Positions 52,619 to 64,000 of a stretch of DNA of 64,000 nucleotides are shown here, piece after piece. The notes under the pieces are model-generated. The model was not told where the DNA came from. It did not search any database and was given only the letters and a program-made list of their open reading frames with translations. A program made the translations under genes and the position numbers. Origin of the DNA: Antedon mediterranea (Eukaryota > Animalia > Echinodermata); NCBI RefSeq assembly GCF_964355755.1, contig NC_092678.1, positions 12,026,352 through 12,090,351 of the forward strand, written 5' to 3'. How positions within the stretch are numbered: the first letter of the stretch is position 1; every line of letters starts with the position of its first letter.

Positions 52619-54179
52619 GGGTCATTCTTCAGTAAGTGTCTAAAATCGTGTCCCGATACTTTGGTGGGATAGAGACTGAAAATTCATCATTAAAAAATAA
52701 AAATTCTTGACTTAAATCATAATCAACATTATTGTAAATATAATTAATTACATAAACCAAAGATAATTACATTGATATTGTTAATTTTTATAAAAATGTT
52801 TTAGGCAACCTCCTAAAATCCTATGTCCCGATCGTACATCTTCAATTTTATGATCGCCGTATATATTTGATAATAACAGGACTTTTGTTATCGAAAATAT
52901 TGTAAAAAGTTAATTAATCAGGATTTCATGCGATTATATTCTTCGAAATACATCTCTAGGCCTACATACATTAAATCTCAAACTCTAAAGTTTTTGTTTA
53001 GAAAAAGCTTGTCCCGCAGTTTTGTCATTTCCGTCACATAATTTAAATGTGCCGTCTACAGTTTAATGAACGGCGGGGAAAAAAATTGACTGTGCGTTGT
53101 AAACATGCGAAGATATTGAAATAAAACTAGCCGCGCACATCATTTTCAATAAAAGAGGAAAAAAGCTAATAAAACGAGGTTTTAGAAAAATTACAGTTGC
53201 GTACCTTTATTGAATGTCATATCCGAACGGTATATAGAACTCATTAAATAATTATAATTTCTGTTTTTTTTTAACTGGAAGTACAAGTTATTCATGGTAT
53301 CTAGAAGTATGCAATCCGTCTCCGCTGTCAGACATGCCTACGATGTGATCCTAGGCTGTCCAATGCTAAATACATCATCTTCGTCACATTTCCCAATGTT
53401 TCGTTGTGACGGAGATGACGGCCCGTGACGGATATGACTTTTTGTTATTGCCAGGGCCTTTTTTTGTTGTACATTTTGTTTTGTATATCTTTATTATGTT
53501 ATTACATTGTATATCTATGTGACTCTGGTCAATAAACATAATCAAATCATATCTTAAAGTCATCTCCGTCACATGATTTTTTAAGTTTTCAGCCATTAAA
53601 AACTTTTTAAGTTCGTCATATCCGTCACGGTTTCATTACCGTCACGGATATTTTATCCTTTTAAATCCTAAAATATTTAAGTAATGAATGCAATTATGTG
53701 GTATATTGAAATATAAACAATATTCTTCTACTATGTCAATGGGTAGTAATATTAGTTCAACAGAATTTTGTAAAACATCAGTGACAGTCATACTATTTTC
53801 TGAAAATTATTATTTTTTGGAATAGTAAATGGTTTTGAACGTAGGCCTATAACATCATACTAATAAATGTTAAGCAATCATTTTTTGATGAATAGAGACA
53901 AAAATAATATATAGTATCAAAGAATTAATAATGGAAATAATTTTATAATTCCTAAACCGTTATTTTTTCTATCTTTGTATATCCCATAAATGTGACGGAA
54001 ATGACAGTAACATAGAACCATGTATTTATAAATGCGAATAAAATACGAAATATATAATAAAGATTGCGCCATGTAATACATGTTCATTTATCTGAATAAA
54101 CTTTTAAAATTTAAAAAATGCAAATTTTAAAATCGATTTTTTATAAACCTGAAATTAGACACTTACTGAAGAATGACCC
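52619..54179. mobile_element. Non-autonomous DNA element with a 4-bp ATTT TSD (Sola1-like)
   Basis: 25-bp perfect TIR gggtcattcttcagtaagtgtctaa, attt on both sides, and internal ccgtcac/gtgacgg repeats. Confidence 0.85.
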
Positions 54180-54771
54180 ATTTGTAAAATATGGTTAGTT
54201 CATAGCAACACTTAACCGTCTTTATATTTTATACTTTAAAACGGATAAAATAATATATCTATTGATTAAAAATAAGGGGCATATAAATTTGTGAGGTTAA
54301 AACCTTTTCATTTCATTTTATTTATTTTGTCTTCAGATCATAAAAATACTATACAAAACGTGGACGACAAAGAACAAAAAAACCGTAACACACATAACCC
54401 GGCAGATACAGGATTCCAAAAAAAACTTAGGCCTAATCACTATACAGTTATAGTCTCCTCATTGCATGCGCTGATTGGATAAAAAAACATTAACAATTCA
54501 TACACTTGCACTGATGAAGGGCTAGTGTAACTTTTCTGGCTGTTTTAATGTATCGTTTTGATTTAGCTTTTCGCCTTTTTTTTTGTATCTCCATTGAGAT
54601 CCACTGATACCCACGGCATTGTCATTTTTTCAGTAATTTTCCTTAATATACTGTACTATATAAACACTTCAGGCATCGAACATTAATTCTAACCCGCCAG
54701 GTGATATACTGAAATTAATTAATTAATTGGAAACGATAAAGATGAGGAAATCTGTGTGAATGAAAAAAAAT

Positions 54772-54846
54772 CGCCCCAACCGAGACTCGAACCCGGAACC
54801 TTCTGCTTGATATGCAGATGTCCTAACCATTAGACCACTCTGGGGC
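54772..54846 (-). tRNA. tRNA-like gene with apparent anticodon ATC, identity uncertain
   Basis: GCCCCAG/TTGGGGC acceptor, A box TGGTCTAATGG, TCTGC-ATATCAA-GCAGA arm, GGTTCGAGTC B box, then a T8 run. Confidence 0.6.
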
Positions 54847-55629
54847 TTTCATGGTATTGTTCAAACTCGATTGGATAGCGACTCTTTAACATTCTCGGCG
54901 TTTTACGGCGGAACAGCACTAGTCCTTCAAATTGTACACACGCGAAATATAGGCCTACCATATAATATACAATCAAAATATATTATATCTTTAAAAATCA
55001 TCAATATATGAAACCTGAAAGCTAGAACAATATTCATATGATAACGTTAATTCCTTCCTATGTACTCGCTCACGATATTGTAGTTAATGTGATAAACATT
55101 AGCGTGGACGGATCCAGTGAAAAGGTAGTGAAATGAAATGCTGAACTTAATTTAATGTCCTATCTTTTGCATTACAATTTGCAAAATTTAGTGGGGCCGA
55201 GGCCGGCTGAGCATCCTCGCCCCTTGGGCCGAGGCCGGCTGAGCATCCTCGCCCCTTCAATCCACCCCTGTATAATAGAATCTACCAATCATTTCTCTTT
55301 ATCGTGCTATGTGAAATCATAATTTATGACGGTAACAACATTTTGATAATAGTTCTCGTTGCCCATCATTTTTATTCAATTCAATTTATTCCAGATTTTA
55401 AATGAACAATACAATTAAAATAGGAATAAAACATACATGCTATTGCTAGTAGACCCGGGGGACCGTAACAGCGAACTCAATCGCTTTTGATGGGACATCC
55501 CAGCCAGCAGTGACACACATTAACAAAATTTAAATAAGTAAATTTGGTTAAAATTAAACATATCACTTCAGATCATCTCATTTATTATTGACTGAATAAA
55601 TAATAATAATAATAATAATAATAATACAA

Positions 55630-57891
55630 GCTCATAATATATCCCTAGTAAGCAGGTGAAATTGTACCCAAATGACAAGCCCTGGTTAGATCATAATGTT
55701 AAGGTGGCCTTAAAACCCAAATCACTTGCATTTAAGAATAAATGACCATGCTGGCCTTAAGTTAGCTAAATCAAACTTGAAATATTGTATAAAAAAGACT
55801 AAACAGAAATTTAAGAAAAAAAATTAGCAACATTTCGCAGAGAATAAATCCAAGGAGACTTGGAATGATGTTAAATCACTAACTGGGTGTAAAAATAAAA
55901 CTTCCTTTAAAAGCTCACAGGTTTTAATGATGAAACATTGGCACAATCATTAAATTAATTTTATTGTAGATTTGACACTGATAATTTTGTGGAAGAGACT
56001 CTCACTTTTTGTAATAATTTAGATACCGGAAGTAATCCTGTTAACATCTCACACGAAGATGTATACAGCTCTTTCGTAAAATTAAAATTAGGAAAGCTGG
56101 TCCCGATGGACTAGCAGGTATTTTAATTAGAGAATGTGCAACTCAAATTTCCCTCATTTTTCAACATATTTTTCAGCTAACACTACAATCCGGTGTTATT
56201 CCCTCCAATTAGAAACATTCATTAAATTGTCCCCGTTCCTAAATCGTCTACTGTAAACAACTTGAATGATACCGACCAATCGCCTTGACCTCTCTGTTCA
56301 TTAAGTGTTTAGAGAGATGTATTGTAAAATTTAATTAAGCCTGTTGTCGAACCAAAACTTGAAGCCATGCAGTTCGCATACAGGGCGCATTGTAGTGTAG
56401 AGGATGCTACAGCAACCCAGGTCCACTATATCAAAAAGCATCTTGAATTGAAACTTCTAACTCCTATGCACGTCTTCTTTTTAACGATTTTCTCTTAATT
56501 TTGGTATTAACCCATATCTTATTCTTTGGATCCGAAATTTTCTCCACCTTAGATCTCAACAGGTTAAACATATTCTCCTATCATCTTTAATAGCACTGGT
56601 TCTCCACAGGGGTGTGTCCTTTCTCCCCTGCTAGCTGTACATTCTCTACACTGACGATTGTCGTGCCCTGTATGATAACTGCATGGCAATCAAATACGCT
56701 AATGACACTGTTCTTGTTAGTCTTATAAATAATAACCGATCTGTTAATAATTACTATAATGTTGTAAACCATTTCACTAATTGGTGTAAAGACCATTATG
56801 CCTACCTTAAAATTAATTTAAACAAAACATGTGAATTATTAGTTGATTTTAGGAAAGGTCAGTTCATGAGCCCCTTAATATAGGAAATGGGTTAATTAAA
56901 GTTGTCCCAGAGTATAAATATCTAGGAACTATAAAAGACGAAAAGCTAGACTGGTGTAATAACATTCAACAAGAAATATTTCTTACAAAAAACGCTGCTC
57001 GCTTATTGAAAAATATTTTTTATTTCAAATGTTTTTGAATGTGTCATTTTATTGTCACATAATAGTTATTTTACCTGAAAAAATGTAATTTAAAGCAACA
57101 AAATACTTAAATTGTCTGTCAGACAATGGTTTTTGGGTTTCTTTTCTTTTTTTATATGTGAATAAATATTATTTTTTGTTACAAAAGTGAATACTCCATT
57201 TCTGTCACCTTAGTTAATTTTATTGCTAAGGTCAAATCTGGGGGTCACTTCATCACCCTAGATATTTCAATTGTGAAGTATCCTATTACAAACACAAACT
57301 TTAATTGACTGTTTCGATAATAATTCAATGAATATCTGACAGTGAATATACCAGAAATGCTTAGGGATTTGTAATTTTAGCATGACATGTCCTAATGGGT
57401 CTAAATCAATAAATAAATATAACTGCTGCTTGCTTTAGCTTCTGATTGAGTAGTCCTAATGGGACGTAGCGGGCTAGAGCAGCAGCGTGAAAACTATAAA
57501 AAAGGACAACGGCTATATCTGTTAAGACAACTTAGGAAATTTAATGTTAGCAAACAAATTCTTATACTGTTCTACCAGTCGGCCATACTTAAGTGTTATA
57601 TCTTTTTGTAGAATTATCTCGGAGGCTTGTTTATATGAAAAAGATAAGGAACAATTAAATAAAATTACCAGAAGGATTGGGCGGGTTATTGGAGTTGATT
57701 TCAACTACGATGCAGGTGTTCTCTTCTTGGTAAAACGTATACTCTCCCAAACAGACCACCCCCTCCATAAGGAATACACCTTTCTTCCATCTAATATTCG
57801 TATCCGTCTGCCTCAAAGCCGTACTAAACGCTTCAATAAATCGTTTGTCCCACAGTATATTGTCATCTATAACAAATTTGTCCAGCGCTAA
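55630..57891 (+). mobile_element. Rex1/Babar-like LINE, degraded RT region
   Basis: YPNDKPWLD, MQFAYRAHCSVEDA, STGSPQG, IKYAND, YKYLGT, RLYLLRQLRKF and HPLHKEYTFLPS. Confidence 0.8.
56969..57492. mobile_element. Non-autonomous repeat (HINE/Helentron-like), copy 1, inserted in the Rex1 relic
   Basis: Starts aacaagaaatatttcttac and is homologous to 58442-59442. The LINE frame resumes after it. No TSD; short subterminal inverted repeats. Confidence 0.6.
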
Positions 57892-58441
57892 CTCATGGAG
57901 AGAACTCCTGCATCGTAGACTTTTTGATATTTTATAAGTGATTTTATATTGATTGTTTTTTGTACGTATATTGTTATTATCTCTGCGGTGTATATAAGAT
58001 GAATTTCTGATGTATTTTTATATTGGACCAAATAAAGAATAATAATAATATACATAACTGAATTATAATGAAATATCAGACAATCAACCTTTTTTTGTTT
58101 TCGTAGGTTCTTAAGTTTAACAGAAAAAAGGTTTAACTTCAAACACGATATAAAGAGAGTTAAACAATTAGGCCTATATTAAATAAATATTTTAAAATAA
58201 TTGTTTTTTATAGAAAATATATAAAAATCATCTTTTATTTTAAAAGATTTTAAAAGATTTCAAATCTACTGTGTTACGATACGTCTGGGTTTCGTGCCTA
58301 CGGAAAACAAGACCGTGTAAAACTTCTCTGGACCTGCTCCAGTTTATCAATGTTTTCTTGATGAAATGGTAACCATAGGCTACAGAAATACCATATTCAA
58401 TAATGGTCCGGGATCGAGATGTATACAATAAAATAATAATA

Positions 58442-59442
58442 AACAAGAAATATTTCTTACAAAAACGCCGCTCGCTTGTTGACGTAACAGTTTTAAAGAT
58501 ATAGGCTATTACCCCCCTGAAAAATATATATATTTTTTCAAATTTGTTTTTGAATGTGTCATTTTATTGTCACATAATAGTTATTCACGTTAACCAAAAA
58601 ATAGTTACCGGATAAAATGTAATTTAAAGCAAAAAATACTTAAATTGTCTGTCAGACAATGGTTTTTGGTTAAAATTAAACGTTTCTCTTCTCATTTTAT
58701 ATGTGAATAATTATTTGTCTACAGAAGTGAATAACTTTTGTATTTGACGTAAAATACAACAAGAATTCACACTTTGATGTCATAATTGTGCAATTGAAAT
58801 TGAAAAATAAAAAATACTAAATCTGTAAAAAATGATGTGCTTATTAATAACATTAAAGCCAATTTTAGACGACTAAACAGACACAATTTCTATCACTTTA
58901 GTTGATTTTATTGCAAAGGTCAAGTCTGGGGGTCACTTCATCAAGACTAGATGTCAACAAGTGATAAATGGTATAAATGGACATTCAAGTGTGAACTATT
59001 TGTATCCTATTACAAACAAAAACTTTACTACAGTATGAACTGGTTTGATGATAATGCAATGATTATCTGACGGCGAATTACAGTATTAATAATATCGGCC
59101 AGTTGACAGTCAAAATGGGAGTCAATGTAAATACCAACCTATTTAGCCAAAACAAAGTTTTGATTATTTGACAGTGAATTAATATAATAAAAGTCATTAT
59201 TCATTGAACAAGATTTTAGAGATTACCGTCTACATAATACTGTACGTATTTATCAGCAAATGTTTTCATAGAGTCTCTTGTCCCAGACGTGCTTTGGGGT
59301 TTGTAATTTGAGCATGACCAGTCCTAGTTTACAAAATACCAAAAATGTCAGCCTCTATAACTTAGCTTCCGCTTGATACAGCTTCTGAATGAGTAGTCCT
59401 CTGGGGATATCGCTGGCTACAGTCGCGGCGCAATAACAGCGT
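58442..59442. mobile_element. Same repeat family, copy 2 (longer)
   Basis: Shared blocks aacaagaaatatttcttacaaaaa, gtctgtcagacaatgg, ctgggggtcacttcatca and gagtagtcct. Confidence 0.65.
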
Positions 59443-59977
59443 TGATATTATCTCTTTCTTTTAGGGGTTTTGTAATAGTTACAACTAGATATCTTATTTT
59501 GTCAACTGTTTCTAATTATTACCACTTGCATTTGCATTTAAACCTTACATTTTTTATTATTTAGTGTCATGTTATTTTCAAATTCCCATTAACAAACAAG
59601 ATTTAGACCGCATACCGTGGCATATCTGATTCAACCAAGAAAGATATCTTTATTCAAACATAATAAGCATCTATAAAAATACATTGAAGAATAAAACGCT
59701 GAATTGTTTTGTACAAAAATGATTAATATCATAGGCAAATTACACAGATGAATACAAAGTGAGAAAGAACAAACGCCTACAATCATAAATTTAGGAATTC
59801 ATTACACAGATGTCTCAGATGTCAATATTACTCCATCAATTTCATCAGATATGGAATAGGGCTATAATTTCACGAAGTTTCATTGAAGAGGCATCTTGGA
59901 TTGCGGAAACCAGTGACAAAACCGTTCGTCAAGAAGACTTTTTTGAGCGAATTGTTTGCATAATTCGATAATCTCCG

Positions 59978-61031
59978 TAGCCATCAAATGCGATATTGTA
60001 TAGCCGTAGTCACCGTGTAGCCGTAAAATGAGATATTTGATAGCCGTAGTCATCGTGTAGCCGTAAAATGTGATATTGTATAGCCGTATTCACCGTAGTC
60101 GTCAACAAATGCGATATTTTATAACCGTAGTCACCGTGGCCGTCAAATGCGATATTGTATAGCCGTATTCACCATAGCTGTCAAATGCGATATTTAATAG
60201 CCGTAGTCACCGTGGCCGTCAAATGCGATATTGTATAGCCGTAGTCACCGTAGCCGTCAAATGCGATATTGTATAGCCGTAGTCACCGTAGCCGTCAAAT
60301 GCGATATTTGATAGCCGTAGTCACCGTAGCCGTCAAATGCAATATTTGATAGCCCTAGTCACCGTATCCGTCAAATGCGATATTGTATAGCCGTAGTCAC
60401 CGTAGCCGTCAAATGCGATATTTGATAGTCGTAGTCACCGTAGCCGTCAAATGCGATATTGTATAGCCGTAGTCACCATGGCCGTCAAATGCGATATTGT
60501 ATAGCCGTAGTCACCGTGGCCGTCAAATGCGATATTTGATAGTCGTATTCACCGTAGCCGTCAAATGCGATATTGTATAGCCGTAGTCACCGTGGCCGTC
60601 AAATGAGATATTTGATAGCCGCAGTCACCGTGGCCGTCAAATGCGATATTGTATAGCCATAGTCACCATGGCCGTCAAATGCGATATTGTATAGCCGTAG
60701 TCACCGTAGCCGTCAAATGCGATATTTTATAACCGTAGTCGTCGAATGCGATATTGTATAGCCGTAGTCACCGTGGCCGTCAAATGCGATATTTTATAGC
60801 CGTAGTCACCGTGGCCATCAAATGGGATATTTGATAACCGTAGTCACCGTAGCCGTCAAATGCGATATTGTATAGCCGTAGTCGTCAAATGCGATATTTG
60901 ATAGCCGTAGTCACCGTAGCTGTCAAATGCGATATTGTATAGCCGTATAGTCACCGTGGCCGTAAAATGCGATATTGTATAGCCGTATTTACCGTAGCCG
61001 TCAAATGCGATATTTGATAGCCGTAGTCACC
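59978..61031. repeat. 38-bp CpG-rich minisatellite, about 27 copies
   Basis: (gccgtcaaatgcgatattgtatagccgtagtcaccgta)n with variant units. Confidence 0.97.
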
Positions 61032-61443
61032 TTAGGCGTTAATAATTTTAATTAAGTGTTAATTATATCGAGTGAATCAAATTTCGGAACTCATAAACAG
61101 ACACACAACATATGTACTGATAAACAAATATTTATTAGTATTAGAAAATGTTTAATTTGTTAATGTGCAATTTTGTGTAAAAACGATTTATAGGATACTG
61201 TTCAGAAAAACATGAGTAGGCCTACTCAAATGATTGAATATTTATAATATAAAAAAATTGTTCAACAAAAAATATGTTACGATAATACAAACTATAAATA
61301 TAAAACACGTATTGCATAACAAAATATAAATATAATATAGTATATAAAATGTTTTTTGTAAGTACACGTACACTTTCTTGGTTAAATTTAATATTAAAAG
61401 ACAAACGTAATAAAAGATATTGCAGAATACAATAGAGGATGGA

Positions 61444-61576
61444 ATTGAAATATACAATGAAACATACCAACATTGAAATATACAATGAAACATACCAACA
61501 TTGAAATATACAATGAAACATACCAACATTAAAATATACAATGAAACATACCAACATTGAAACATACCAACATTGA
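61444..61576. repeat. 28-bp tandem repeat, about 4.5 copies
   Basis: (attgaaatatacaatgaaacataccaac)n. Confidence 0.92.
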
Positions 61577-63226
61577 AAGTTAAATTGCAAAATATTTTCA
61601 CGAGGTTAAAGATTGACAGTTTAAAGGGGAAATGCACAGTTAATCGTTAAAGAACAAAACATATTCTTTTCAACGAAACAAACATTGTAAATCTAAATTA
61701 TTATTATTATAAAACAATATTGGCGAACATGAAGTTTGGTTTCCAAAAAATAAATTTTAAAAATATCCATGTCTTACGAGTAATTTATACAGTAAGATAA
61801 GTAAAACATCCACATGCACTATCACCCATGACTGGCAAAAGGGTAAATTTGTAAATAGTCTGATATTTTAAAGATCGCATCCCAGTAATTTTAAAATCCA
61901 GGTTGGGTTGATTACTAGTGGAAGACAAAAGGTGGCAAAATACAAATGATTTTGTGCGCATCACAATTTATGTACCAAGGCACTGTTTCAACATCAACTA
62001 AAAAAAAACCCCAAAACACTTTATATTATAATAATTTACCGGTAAGTACAAACGTTAAAAATGCTGACCATTATCCTTGATTGAGCTAGCTTTACCAAAC
62101 TATTATTTCTAGACATGTGATACATATTTTTATGTTTAAATTAACTATTACACTTTGTATTCTCTCTAGAAAGAAGAAGAAACGACAAAGAGGGTTCTGA
62201 TAGAATTTGTGATGATTTTGTAGAGTTTCACAATTGTATCTGGTAGTTTACAGACAGTTGCTTTCTACTAACAATGCAACCTTAAAGCTTGTTTCCCACA
62301 CATCTAATTTGACCAACCAATATTAACAAGATGGATCACCCAAACTGTCACTTGTGATTAGTCAATACGTCATTGTGGATGGGTTATAAGCTTAAGGGAA
62401 GGGCAAGATAAACTATAAACCTACCGGATGATATGTATGATATATATGTGTGAACGAGCAAGCTAAAACATGATTGATGACTAAACAAAAATTGTGTATT
62501 TACAAATAATTAAACTAAATATATATTTTCTATAACTCCATTTCAATGTACAGTAATTGCTTTCAAATGTGAAGGAAATATCACCACATCTCATGCATAG
62601 ATTGATTCCATCTTTGGTATTACCATTCTCAAGGTGTTTCCACACAGAGTCAATTGCAGTAAAAATGATTAATGCAAACAAAGTAAGGTGAGTTCCTACT
62701 GATGAAATGGTAAAATTTGCAATACTTGCACTTCATCCAAAAAAACTTTTTGTGTTATTTTGGACGCGAAGTAAACAATTATAAATGACATTGTACCCTT
62801 GATGATGTAAGAAGTTCAATAGATTAAAATATTATGTGACCCACAATCCTCAAATCAAATGACAAGAATCTACTTTAGGTGTGTTACAATTTAGGTTACA
62901 ATATAAACATTTAATGAGCATTTGTAGGTAACCATACAGCTCTATTCAAGCAAGTTAATTCCAAATAAGGCAAGTGATGAGGAGCAGGCACTGAGGTCAA
63001 CCACCAATGATAAAAGATGAACATATTGTATGCAATAGCTTTAAAACACACTTAAGTACAAATGGGATAACAATCTGATCTAAGTAATGTAATAATTTTC
63101 TGATTTTAAATATTAATGGATTAAACCTATTAATAATACAGCAGCAACAAATGTATGTAAAGATTATCCACATGATAAATACAGTGTATCATCTTATCAT
63201 GTGTAGCTTGAACTGGTTCATCTCCT

Positions 63227-63391
63227 TCATGATTTCATCAGGATGATAAGTTTGTAGGAGAGAAGAACAATTTGGTGCCACAAAACGGTACCAATACCAA
63301 ACGCAAAGCACCACAACCACTGGTCTAAGTCAAGTGCTTCACAACCAAAACCATAGTTACTGAATTGGATAATTAACAATTGACAAAAAAT
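63227..63391 (-). CDS. Exon of a plasma-membrane Ca2+-ATPase (P2B/PMCA-like), TM9-TM10 region; terminal exon or pseudogene piece
   Basis: ttttcttttcag acceptor, then IFCQLLIIQFSNYGFGCEALDLDQWLWCFAFGIGTVLWHQIV, resembling PMCA QIxIVQF...LxxxQWxWC...GxLxWGQ. Confidence 0.7.
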   Translation of the reverse strand: MFCQLLIIQFSNYGFGCEALDLDQWLWCFAFGIGTVLWHQIVLLSYKLIILMKS

Positions 63392-63674
63392 CTGAAAAGA
63401 AAAGTCAACATTATTTGTAAAAATGCTAAAATTAACAAACAAATCAAGTGACAATTATTCTACTGCAGTTATTGTTGCAGCAACTACATTTGTTGGATTG
63501 ACATTTTTTTGGTATAAATTTATATATTTATGAGGCAGCCAATGCAATAAACAGTGTGTATGGTTACTTACTCCATCATGTCATGATTGGTCAAATTACT
63601 TGTGGTGCACTTTGGGCCATGGCTTATGTTGAGGCTTCATTTGAGGCTTAGGGAGTGGAGTTGAAAGGGAGTTA

Positions 63675-63931
63675 CAACCCTGGAACTACTCTAGGTCAGG
63701 ATTGAACCCTGGAACTACTGTGGGTCAGGATTGAACCCTGGAACTACTGTGGGTCAGGATTGAACCTTGGAACTACTGTGGGTCAGGATTAAACCCTGGA
63801 ACTACTGTGGGTTCAGGATTGAACCCTGGAACTACTGTGGGTCACGATTGAACCCTGGAACTACTGTGGGTCACGATTGAACCCTGGATTTTGGGATAGG
63901 AGGCAAGCATGTTAACCACCAAGCTAAGCTC
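63675..63931 (-). mobile_element. tRNA-derived SINE head with a tandemly amplified B box
   Basis: Minus strand reads TAGCTTGGTGGTTAA (A box) ... GGGTTCAATC, then about 7 units of 29-30 bp each containing GGGTTCAATC. Confidence 0.65.
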
Positions 63932-64000
63932 AGTTGACATACAAATAATGATAGGAAAAGAGATTCAGTGTTGATTGTGATATCATCAATTATTAAATTT

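Noticed and set aside
59978-61031. CRISPR-like appearance of the 38-bp array, and of the 30-bp array at 63.7 kb
   Set aside because: The units are contiguous with no unique spacers, there are no cas genes and the context is eukaryotic.
61222-61637. Hydrophobic minus-strand ORFs of 122-131 aa
   Set aside because: Generated by a 28-bp tandem repeat and AT-rich sequence.
62481-62681. Minus-strand ORF as a possible next PMCA exon
   Set aside because: No similarity to the PMCA C-terminal tail and no clear splice sites.

Overview
AT-rich eukaryotic DNA, most likely from a marine invertebrate: spliceosomal GT-AG introns, Pol III tRNA-like genes, no operons, no CRISPR. About 60 kb is a transposon graveyard with relics of Kolobok, EnSpm/CACTA, Zator, Sola, MULE, hAT and Harbinger-type DNA elements and of CR1 and Rex1 LINEs. 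It also holds one apparently full-length Crack/Daphne-like LINE with a 2A-like motif, several nested TIR elements with readable TSDs, minisatellites, three tRNA-like genes and a PMCA-like Ca2+-ATPase exon on the minus strand. Main observations: (1) all ~18 recognisable TE-derived coding relics lie on the + strand, many as directly fused fragments, as in a unistrand piRNA-cluster-like TE trap; (2) an IS3EU-like element carries a spliced HECT E3 ligase gene and no transposase; (3) TA has been converted to TAGGCCTA between paralogous repeats, suggesting a common 6-bp footprint. Family names come from motif recognition by eye, not database searches, and relic boundaries are approximate unless a TSD is quoted.
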